This document shows, one piece after another, positions 51,601 through 61,985 of a stretch of DNA of 64,000 nt. The notes under the pieces were generated by a model. That model was not told the origin of the DNA, did not search any database, and saw nothing but the letters and a program-made list of their open reading frames with translations. The position numbers were made by a program, and so were the translations under genes. The DNA comes from Hydrolagus colliei (Eukaryota), in the NCBI GenBank assembly GCA_035084275.1, contig CM068757.1:3410001-3474000 (forward strand), given 5' to 3'. Every line of letters begins with the position of its first letter. Within the stretch, counting starts at the first letter, position 1.

Positions 51601-52447
51601 CATCTGTGTAATGTAATGTGCTACAAATAGCATTGAAAAGATACAACGTAAATTCCTTAGCATTCAGCTTTATTTATATTGCATGGAATTCAGGAATATC
51701 TGTTGGTTATACAGTGCTATGTTGATGGGCTGAAACAGATTTTGTGCGAATGTAATATGACAACTGACATAATTTCCATAATGGATGTGATGAATTATTC
51801 TGTGAATACATGAGCTGTACGTGAGGTTGCAAAAGTGAATCGACACTCAAAGCGGCAAATAATTACCTTAATTAAAGTCAGTGGTTGAAGCTGTTTTGTG
51901 GACTGGACTTGCAAGCTCTCAAATGGATCAAGACTGGAAGGTACAGAAAAATGTTCAGCATGAATTTACATTCACCTCTCTTTTAGTTATGGTGTGTTAG
52001 CACTGCGAATTGCGCAACCTCTGAATGGCAGCGTTCATGTGCAACACATTTTCAGGTAAGCAAAAAACATTGGTTAGGGTTGATCACCATTTGCAAGAAG
52101 ATACCAACAGACTGTAGCTGGAGTCACTGCAGCAAATCTAAGCAATGTTTAATTTAAACATCACTTCAATTCAATTGTTCCCCCCCCGGATAATTAGAGA
52201 ATGAAATTGCATGGAGCAATGTTCCAATTTGGGTCTCGACATCTCCGATTGCCTGGTGTGGCTGTACACTGTACACTGGGTTGTACACTGGAAATAAAGT
52301 AAGGACCTTGCCATTCAATTATCAAGAAGATTGAAGAGAGATGGAGGATAGAATTTAAATAAAAGATGCCAGCCCCTATATGCAATCAAGCAGTAGTGCC
52401 ATGAAGTGATGCGTGTCTATGTGGTGATAGTTGGCGATAAGTTTCAT

Positions 52448-52720
52448 GGCTGTTTGTAGGATATTGCTGCGTGCAAATTGGCTGTATAAATAAAATAATA
52501 ATCCTTGCATTTGATATAGCGCTTTTCACATCTTATCGACGTCTCAAAGCGCTTCACAGAATATACTGTAAAGTGAATTGACTGTATCTTTGTGGGCGTA
52601 AATGGTAAAAAATACACCGTATATTCCGCAAAGCGCTTTGAGATGTCTCGAAGACCTGATAAGGTATTACTGTATATGAAATGCAAGGATTATTATTGTT
52701 GCTGTAATATTATTATTATT
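52448..52720. mobile_element. Plus-strand SINE (52448..52484 and about 52606..52720) interrupted by a minus-strand SINE 3' fragment (about 52488..52604)
   Basis: Deu core ctgtttgtaggatattgctgcgtgcaaattggctg, then a reversed tail (ataataatccttgcatttgatatagcgc...tgtgggcgtaaatgg), then a forward tail (gtatattccgcaaagcgctttgag...aaatgcaaggattattatt). Confidence 0.88.
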
Positions 52721-53493
52721 AAATCTATGACCTCTCCCTTTAGTTCCATTTACCACTCTTCTCCATGGCCTTTAATGTTTGTTCTTACTGATCAACTAGC
52801 TATTTAACTCTCTGATAAACCATGCAGCTCTTTAGAATGGCTGCAAAGGGTTTCATGGAGGAGTTTTTTTGGGTAACCTCACTCTTTTCCAACTTGACAC
52901 AAGTCCAGCACAAGCTGTCTCAATGTTCTCTAGAAAGCCGTGAGCAACTCAATACAAGAAGCTCTCAATTGTAATAGAAAAAGACGCCACCCACTCTACT
53001 CCAGCATGGCCAGCTTACACGCCTGCACAGCTGTTTCCCTTATTACATGCAGACGCACTTAGCAAATCAAATACTAAAACAAATGGTAAAGAGAAACAAA
53101 GAACAACACAAAGCATTAAAAAAAAACAAGGTCTTGAAATTTGTGCATGAAGCTGCTGACTCGGTTAACTGTCCCAAATTTACAACTGAATTGGGTCCTG
53201 AGACACTGGAAGTATGGAGAATGTTAAATTTGACCAAATTAGCAGATGAAACTGACAGCTGTTTAACTTGTCAAATGAGATACAAATATATTTCCATAGA
53301 ACTTGTTTGCTGATGCATAGGCTTCCTGTATATCTGTCATCTTCATTTTATTGTGCTGTGTTTTGGATCCTTCCCTGAGAACATGTTTAGCTTGTTTTAC
53401 CACATCTATGGGCAAATTACCCAATGGCGATTAGCAATATTTTTCATTTCCAGAACTCGCTCAAATTTTACACTGTAGTCCTTGCTGGCTAAT

Positions 53494-53536
53494 GTTAATA
53501 TGTCATAGGTTAATATGTAATAGGTTAATATATCAG
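53494..53536. repeat. 15-bp minisatellite, about 3 copies
   Basis: gttaatatgtcatag gttaatatgtaatag gttaatatatcag. Confidence 0.75.
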
Positions 53537-55947
53537 TTATATAGCACCGCAGGGTCAGAAAATGAAACTCTCAGCTTTCGTCCCCTCAATAGCGCTGAAT
53601 ATCCAGCACCACAGTCATCTATTTACACGGTTACTGTGTTACAGTTCACAGCATTAAATACTGGCAGGACTTCTGCATTGTGTTATTATTCTGTACTTGT
53701 TAATTTGATTATTTAAAAAAATGGCTAACAAATGTAAGAACAGTCATATTCAATTTAATTCCAATATATTATTACTAGCCTGAAACTAAAAGGATGCAAG
53801 CAAGTCAAATTGAATTCATTTTCAGTAATGGGACATCACCAGAATTCAGCTAATCTTTTCTTAGCCAATGTACATTGAATTAACTAACCCATTGTATCAG
53901 TGAACACTAAATATTACAGTTAACAATATTATTGGGACACATGGTCTAGTTTCCCGCAGACACAACTTCATGTCTTTTTTTCTACTAAAATGTTGATGTG
54001 AGAAAACCCGCACATTTTATTATTATTTAGTATTTTTCCATGAAAAGTTCAAATGCTTCCTTTAAAGTGCCACAGACCCAGGGGACTTGTGCGTCTTGAG
54101 GTGGGAGTGGGGGGTGGAGGGGGCGGATAAAGAAGAGGCTAAGGCTATTGTGCTATAAAATCTATTGTTCCTCCCCCTCTTTATGTAAAGTTGCCGGGCA
54201 TGCCCGCAGCTCCACTTAACTATTTTATAAGTGGGTGATGCCTAGAAAACGGTTTGATTTGCTTGACTAGTGCTCCATTTACTTGTAAATTGTTAAATTT
54301 TTACACTGAGATGAGAGATTGAGCTTACTTAGCTGATGTTATAGGTTGCCCGGTTATGGGTTAACCATTCTTAACAGCTTACCCATCGAGGAGTGTATTT
54401 ACCTTCTTTACTTTATTGTTCCTCTCTATTTCTATCGAAAACGTAAAAGCCAAAAAGTTCAGAGTCTTCGATTGAAATCGGTAACAAGGAATCCAGTTAG
54501 AAATCCTGCATTTTAGACTCTGCCGCACTCACTTTCCTTAATAAAGATTCCGAGTCACGCAAATGGAGGAGGAGAAGCAATTCCGATAACAGGACGGGTG
54601 TGATGTTGACTATGACATCTCCACCTAGAGCCGTGGTCTCCGTCCCACTCTCGCCCCATCCCCAAGTGAACAGGATTGCTCACGAGATTCCTTATTGAAG
54701 AATCCCGCTTGGAATCCCAAACTTTGGACTCGGTTGTGTCCATTTAAGAAATGCAACAACGAAAAAACACTTGCAGGAAGGTCGACTGACTGAAGTCAAT
54801 CTACCCATCCACATCGGTGGATGAGAAGACGAGTCAGCAAGCAGCTTCCTCTAGTGGTACAGTTTACTAAAGCAGGAGTCTATTTTAGTCGGGTGTGGTT
54901 AGAACATTGCATACAGGCTGAATTCAGTGGGAAGCTGCTTCCACTTGTGGCGTACAGGATGGACCCAATGGCTAAAGACTTGCCGATTGCTTCAAGGCTT
55001 CAAAGTTAGATGGAAAACAAAGATTGTTCTGTATGGTTTCATACCCAGACTTCAGTGCTTGTCTGGGCAGCTTTGTGAGATAAACAGGAAACCTTGGGAC
55101 ATCAGGATACATTGGCAAACCTCTTTAGGAAAACATTCGGAATATTTTGAGCGCTATGGTACTATCCGAGGCATGCAAACGGAGGAAGAGAAGTGAGCAC
55201 TATTCAACAGTCCGCAGAATTTGTTCTGTAATTATTTACAAAGCAGGTTTAAAATAAATTCCCCCAGTTAATTCAGTAATTGAACAGAATGTTTGAGGCA
55301 CTACTTCTTTTAAAAAAAACGTCATTCCTTAAATCATAAGATTAGTTTGGTTGAAGAATGCCCATTGGCCCATTTGATTTCATCCTTACCTACTGTTTTC
55401 TCATCACATCATCATTATTATTATTATTATCAATATTATTATGCAGGACAATTTGGCTTAACTGACAGTTATTTACTGTCTTGTTTGTCCTGAAAAGGTG
55501 ACGGTTGGGAGAATTCTGTTTTTTGCTGGACTGAGTTTTGGAAACTGTAAACTTTAGGTGTTTGCTTAGCAGAGATGCATCCAAATGTCCAATATATCAT
55601 TGCAAATCACTTCAGGTCTATTTCTGTATTAAAAACTACTTAGCCTTTCTTCACAACCTAAGTCTTCTGAGACATGGTTCTATCTCAGTTGCCTACACTC
55701 TAACGATGTTCTCCCAATGTGAAGTGAGCTACATACATGTTAATTGCTGCTGCTGTTTACTGTTGTCTACATCGTAGCTTAATCCTCAAAACAATTCACT
55801 GGGCGGTTCTGCACCAGGTGCAATACAGGGCTGGCCATTTGACAAAAGTACTCTGCTTTCATTATTCACCTTCTCCCCTTTTTGAAATCCCATCTGAAAA
55901 TCTTCCTTCTTTAACTGTGCTTATGTTCACCTCTGTCTACTCGACAA

Positions 55948-56048
55948 CCCTCTCCCCACCCCCACCCCTTCCCCAGCTCGGAGTCAGGCTCCACCACTAT
56001 TAAGCACTGCATAGAGGGTGCTATATAAATACAAGTTGTTGTTGTTGT
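55948..56048 (+). mobile_element. L2 3' UTR remnant with a (TTG)n tail
   Basis: C-rich tract, tccccagctcgg, then gggtgctatataaatacaagttgttgttgttg. Confidence 0.8.
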
Positions 56049-56892
56049 GGTCCTGATGGCTACTGTATGGTATTAACCTTACATTATCACTTACATACAA
56101 GCCAGTCATCCATTATCTTTGGTCAAACCAATAGTCCAGGACAAAATCCCACACTAATCGTATTTTAAAACAAGTTGCCAAATCAAGCAAACATTTATTT
56201 TTTGGTGGTTTCCTATTCCTAAATAGCCCAACTCCTTGTGTTACATTAAATACAAAAAAAAAGTATTTTTAGAGTTATTGTACGATGTAACAAAGAGAGA
56301 CTGTTTTCTCCTGCCCAAGGGAAGAGTCAGTATTTGTGCATAAAATGCTGAGGCAGGCAGAGTGGGAGAACATCCTGCTGGAACACTCATCATTGCAGAC
56401 GTTTCACAGTAAGGTCTACCATTGCTCACAGAGACTAGTGTGAAAACTACTGATTTCTGTACGTAGATGAGGTAAACAACATCTTTCAAAAAACATAATC
56501 TGCAAGCTGCGGATAACATTGCTTTTCCGTCCCCATTAAAATTGTAGCAATTGGATTTCGTAAGAACATTCAAATTCATAGAGCAGTTTTGTGTTTGCTC
56601 AGCGGGGTAATCTGACCCATGGGGTAACCCATCACCATTCTTCAGATTATCCAAACTGAACGTTCGACATATGTATGCCCCCTACACAAGGAAATGCTCC
56701 TGAATCTAGAATGGAATGTGCATTCTCTCCCTGGAGAGACACACCCCGCTTTTCTAAGTCTAGCGAATACTTGGTGCAGAATGGCAAGAGGCAAGGCTCG
56801 GGAATCACAGACTGAGATCATTTTACTCTCCAAAACCAAAGTTTGCATCTGAGAGCTCTGTCTGCCAAGCATCCTGCTGTAAGTCTAGCTAG

Positions 56893-57301
56893 GACTTACA
56901 ACTTTCAAGGCCATTCACAGCCTTGCCCCCTCCTATCTCTCCGACCTACTGACTCCCTACAAATCTGTACATCCCCTCCGTTCATTGGGCTTCGGTCTGC
57001 TCCATGTCCCCCGCCCGACCAGCCCAACATGGGTGGCCAGGTTTTCAGCCTCTCTACCCCCACACTCTGGAACTCCATCCCACAGTCCCTTCACCTCACT
57101 TCCTCCCTTGCCTCCTTCAAGGCTGTCTCAAGACCCTCCTCTTCGATTGTGCTTTCTGCCGCCCTCCCAACTTCCTCCCTCCCCTCCCACCCCCTACCCT
57201 GGCCACACCTCCTGGCTCAGTTCATGACCACTGACTGTTCAGTGCCTTGGGACATCCTCCCGTCATGAAAGACACTCTATAAATGAAATTTTGTTGTTGT
57301 T
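56893..57301 (+). mobile_element. L2 LINE 3' portion: frameshifted ORF2 C-terminus, 3' UTR and (TTG)n tail
   Basis: Across frames it translates to TFKAIHSLAP..YLSDLLTPY..PLRS..GLLHVPRP, GGQVFSLSTPTLWNSIPQSL..SLASFK and LKTLLFDCAF, the typical L2 ORF2 end. It terminates cagtgccttgggacatcc...ctataaatgaaattttgttgttgtt. Confidence 0.92.
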
Positions 57302-57519
57302 ATAGGCCCACCCCACCCATTAGCAACAGCTGAGTGGGAAGAAACTCTACTCCCAGTGACAAGTCTGTCCCTCCAAGGAGACTGCACCTACCTTCCTCCA
57401 TAAGAGGATAAGGCCAAGGGCATTGTAGGGTAAAAAGAAGCTATTAGATCCAATGAGTCTATCCTTTTTTTGACAAATTTCAAGCCCAGTCATCAGTTTT
57501 TTCACCACACCACTCTTTC

Positions 57520-57730
57520 CTTTCCAGAATGTGCAGTGCTCTTGATAACACGCTTTGCGTGTCTTGAATCCCCTTGTGTACATATGTAGGGCAATAATAT
57601 CTTAAATTAGGTGATGAAAACTGCACAGAATATTTTAGATGTGGTCCAACCAATGACTTAGACAGCAGCAATATAACCATTCCTGATTTGCACTTTATTA
57701 ATGCAAACTAGCTTCTTATTTCCCTTTTTT
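57520..57730 (-). mobile_element. CR1 LINE ORF2 fragment
   Basis: The minus ORF reads ILLLSKSLVGPHLKYSVQFSSPNL, matching the CR1 motif LYKSLVRPHLEYCVQFWSP. Confidence 0.85.
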
Positions 57731-59907
57731 TTAATCTGCTGTAAAGCACTGGGTTTACGGTTTTATTCATAGCATTCCTAATGAGGTCGCTGCACGGTTA
57801 TGGCCTCTTTCAGATCCTCACTCTTACACAACGTAGTATAGATGTATCCATATTGAGGCAAATCTACAACAACAACAAAAGTACAATTGTATAGGGCCTT
57901 TCACGTCAGTAAATCTACCTGTCAGCTTAGATACCCAGAGCATCCTTTTGAATCTGGTTCTCCTATAAGTGATTATTTTTCATGTTTTTCATGTTGCAAC
58001 ACTTTACGTTTGTGTTACAAAACTCTGTAACTTTTTTTTTAATCCCACAATAAAACAAACCGTTCGAAGGGAAAGACGTTTGAAATCAGCAAGCTGACGA
58101 TTGATTCAAAATGTCATTGGAATGTTGCCTTTGCGTGCCAATCGATTGAATTTTGAGTGCGATATGATATGAAATACAAACTTTAAAGTAAAATCTGAAC
58201 AATGTGTGTCACTTATTAGCAGTGCAATTGCTAATGAGAGTCTATTACTTTGGTTAAATACATCTGTTTGTTCGAAAACTAAGACAATTGGCAGGAACCC
58301 CTGCTCTGCTGTGTGACCATTATTCTTGAATAATGTGAGCTTTCGAGTCACTTGCTGAGTGGTGTAACTAGTGTACTCGACATTGAGTTTAACCTCAGAT
58401 CACTCTGTCCTGTGACTGATTGGCAGCAACATCTGTTATGGATCAAACATTCAGCAGACGAAACCATTGCCTGCAGAAAACCTCAATTTCTCAGAGTAAG
58501 TCTTCCCTTTTTTGTTCCTTCCAAAGTTGACATTGTATAATAAAGTACACTTATGTTGGTATTTACTCACTGACAAACTGAGTACCCCCATTGACCTGTG
58601 CCATTCGCGTAAACATTGCATTTATATCCATTTGTTTTAATAGACAGCCTGTGGGAAGGGCTGAGTTCTGTAACCATTGAAGTTGTAGTGAGAACCACAA
58701 AATTGAGAAGAGTTCAGGTGTTGACATACTTGAGTTTTTAAAAGCCAAGAGAGAGAGAGAGACTATAGGTACGGAGGAGAAATATAAAAGAGGCAAATAA
58801 TTTTGTAATATTGGTTTTGCGAATAGAACATCACTCGTTCCCTACCTTTCTGTCTTGGTTTTACGATCCATTGATAAATTAAAACATTTTCCCACAAAGT
58901 CTCCAATTAAAATCTTTCGCTTTCTGAATTACAATACGATCCACACAGCCGTCAGAATTATGGCAGAACTTCCTAACTTTCAGCATATGGTAGGTTTGAA
59001 AATCAGCCAAATTTCTGATCCGCAATCCAGAATTCATAAACTACCTCTTTCCCCTGGGTTTCAGAATGCCTACACAAGCTAGAATTTGAAAGTGCTCACA
59101 TGCAGGCCTGCAATTAATATCACATTGTGCCTCAGTGTCAGTGCTAGTGAAGAGGACATTTTTAACTTAACTGTTTCAAGGTAATGGCAGGAAAAAATAT
59201 ATAAATACCGTATTATTTGATTCAAGCAGAGTGTATAGTTTTGTGGTGTTGCTGTTCTCTGGATAGAGTAGTGGTACTGTATTGCTGTGCCCTGGACAGA
59301 AAGCTCGAGAAGGAATCCTCAGTACGTTTATAAGAAGCCATTCTTTATTCCTGCTCTCCCAGAGCAACTATATTCACGAGTTTTTAACCCAAGTTTCTTT
59401 TTTCCCCCCACCCGCCAGCCCAGTTCCCTCTTCGTGGATCTCATTCCTTATGGTCGGCCTTAGGTTTGAAAATGTCGAGACTTAAAACCTGTCATTGGTT
59501 CAAAATATTTAAGATCGTTCGGAGTTATTAAAAGTTACCTTTACGGGATGAGTCTCGCACGTTCTTTGCGCTGAGGGCGGTTCTCTCTTAAATAGGCCAT
59601 TGCCTTGAATTATCCCATATTCCCTGGTGGCAATAAAATCTCGACATTTCACAGCTTCTTCAGTTATCAGGACTGCTCCCCCTTCCCTCCACAACAAGTG
59701 CCTGTAGTCCTCTGCCTTGTCACAATAATATTCAGATATAAGGAGAGAATGTGAAAGGCCACTCACTTCATTAATGAGAGGAATTATGTGAACGCAGCTC
59801 CATGATAGCGAATACACAAGGCAAACTCATCACCTCTTAAATGCAGAGGTCCACAGAGAAATTCTCAATATAGCCTGCAAAATGGGTTGCTGAATTCCAT
59901 ATACTGT

Positions 59908-60090
59908 AATAATAATGCTTACATTTGATATATCACTTTTCACGTCTTCTAGATGTCTCAAAGCACTTCATGAAATATACTGTAATCTGAACTGACTGTA
60001 TGTTTATAGGCAAAACACAGCAGCCAATTGCACACAGCAGTGTCCCACAAACTGTCATAAAATGAAATGAACAATTTATTATTGTTTTTT
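59908..60090 (-). mobile_element. SINE 3' two-thirds
   Basis: taataataatgcttacatttgatatatcacttttcacgtcttctagatgtctcaaagc...gcagccaattgcacacagcagtgtcccacaaac. Confidence 0.92.
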
Positions 60091-60639
60091 TCTCCAAAAT
60101 TCTCATTGTGTAAAGCACACATTTGTTGAGCGTTCTCTATGATTAGCCAAATCCAGAACAGTTACATTTATTTCTAAACCCACCACATTTAAGCCCATAA
60201 ACTGAGCAACATCTACTGTTTCATATGTTAAGCTGAATAAGCATGGTTCGGATTCTTCAGCATGTGGGACCTCTTCCTCAGATAGAGCTCCAAGTGAGCC
60301 GGAAAGGGTCTATAAATATCGATTGCTGTTGAAAGCTATGGCAATGAGCTATTGGCAAGAATGATTGACAGTCCATTTTACAATTACCCAGCTGGCATGA
60401 ATTTTGCAACTAATGGGTCAATAATTACAGCCTCAGAATTCCAACCAATATTTATTCCATTATACACTCAGGCAGAAATTGCTGGTATGAGACAAAAATA
60501 ATATTCTCCCATTTTAATGAGAGTTGCAGAAGGTTACGCAGCACCACTTATGTTATTAGTGCCCATTAGCCTCTGTTCTACTACTGCCAAATATTACGTT
60601 AACTAGAAGACAGGAATGGATTTTAAACCAATCGTCTCA

Positions 60640-60775
60640 GCTGACACTCCAATGCAGTGCTGAGAAAGCACTACATTGTCAGAGGTGTCATCTCTCTGAT
60701 AAGATGTTACACTGAAGTTTTGTCCGCCTGTTGAGGTGGATCTTTAAGATCCTATGGCACCATTCAAAGAGACAG
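60640..60775 (+). mobile_element. Internal fragment of an ancient SacSINE1-like DeuSINE
   Basis: gctgacactccaatgcagtgctgag...ttgtcagaggtgtcatct...aggtggat...gatcctatggcaccattcaaaga. Same family as 18770..19190, opposite strand. Confidence 0.75.
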
Positions 60776-60965
60776 ATCAAGGTAAACCAAGCAGAAAGGA
60801 ATGAGTGACGTAAAGTTTGGAGTCAAGATTGTTGGAAGAAGACAAAGGGTAAGAAGACTAAGTCTTGATTTTAGCACCAAGTATACCCAAACAGAAAGAC
60901 GAGAGTGTACCATGCAGTAAGGCTGGAAAGATAACGGAGGAATGCTTAGAAGTCCTGTAGTCCGT

Positions 60966-61280
60966 GGAGTCCTGCAGCTCAGTGGTTAGAGCACTCGCCC
61001 TTACAAGCATGAGACCTGTTTTCGAATCCAGGCAGGATCAGGGCGAAACCTTGGGCAAGCTTCCTTACTCCACATGCCTAATAATAATCCATCCAAATTT
61101 TTTTTAAAAAATTGGTAGTTTTCCATCCACGACTGTTTGTGGAATACTGCTGTATACAATTGGCTGCCGCGTTTTACCCACAAGTATACAATCAATTCAC
61201 TTTTCAGTATATTCTGCGAAGCGCTTTGGGACATCTGGAAGAAGTTGAAAGCACTATATGAAATGCAAGGATTATTATTA
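60966..61280 (+). mobile_element. Full-length tRNA-derived Deu-SINE
   Basis: ggagtcctgcagctcagtggttagagc, ttcgaatcc, Deu core, and tail aaatgcaaggattattatta. Collinear with 19613..19929. Confidence 0.93.
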
Positions 61281-61825
61281 GAAGAGTAAATAATACAGTA
61301 TTATTAATAAGATGGACAGTAGAGTCAACACACTCTCCCTATCAAGAGAATTAGAATATAACGCCAAGGTTGCTGTTGGCCATAATAACAGATGACGGAC
61401 TGTTCTTTCCACTTAGTTTCATAGAACACACTGTAAGTGTGGCAATTTTACTGCCATAAAATATTGAAATAGGGCACATTTACAGAAACAGTCAAAGATC
61501 AAAAGATCTTGAGATAGGACTCGGCCAGGGTGTGCAAATTAATGTTACATTGGACTGAACAACTGTATAACCCATCGTTTTAAATAGCATTCATCACATT
61601 ACTTTTAAAACAAATGTAAAAATGTAAAAAGGATATTTCTCATATCTGTGATTTTTGTTTAATAAATACTAGGTCATTATTTGGATTCATTCGTTTTGTT
61701 GTCACCTATCAGGAGGGAATGTAATAACATCTTGAGTTTGCCTAAAAATGCCACTGGTAGGAAGACTCCACCATGGTGGTGCATCACGGACTGGTTCATC
61801 AGGAAATTGTCTGTGTGATTCTCAA

Positions 61826-61985
61826 ACCACAATTGTTTGTGGGACACTGCTGTGCGCAATTGGCCGCCACATTTCACCCACAAGATATGCAATCCATTTA
61901 TTTTACAGTATATATTCTGTGAAGCAATTTGAGAAGTCTCAATGACATGATAAGGCGCTGTATCAGAGGGCGAGCATTATTCTTC
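61826..61985 (+). mobile_element. SINE 3' half
   Basis: tgtttgtgggacactgctgtgcgcaattggccgccacatttcacccacaa...tgataaggcgctgtatc. Confidence 0.9.

Noticed and set aside
51987-52055. 69-nt plus-strand segment with strong AG/GT sites; a similar one lies near 56319..56408
   Set aside because: Isolated, peptides unrecognised and not linkable into a gene model. Such pseudo-exons are common in intronic DNA.
56241-56654. 137-aa minus-strand ORF
   Set aside because: Non-ATG start, low-information composition, no domain.
56843-57268. 141-aa Pro/Ser-rich ORF
   Set aside because: Read-through of the decayed L2 fragment, not a host gene.
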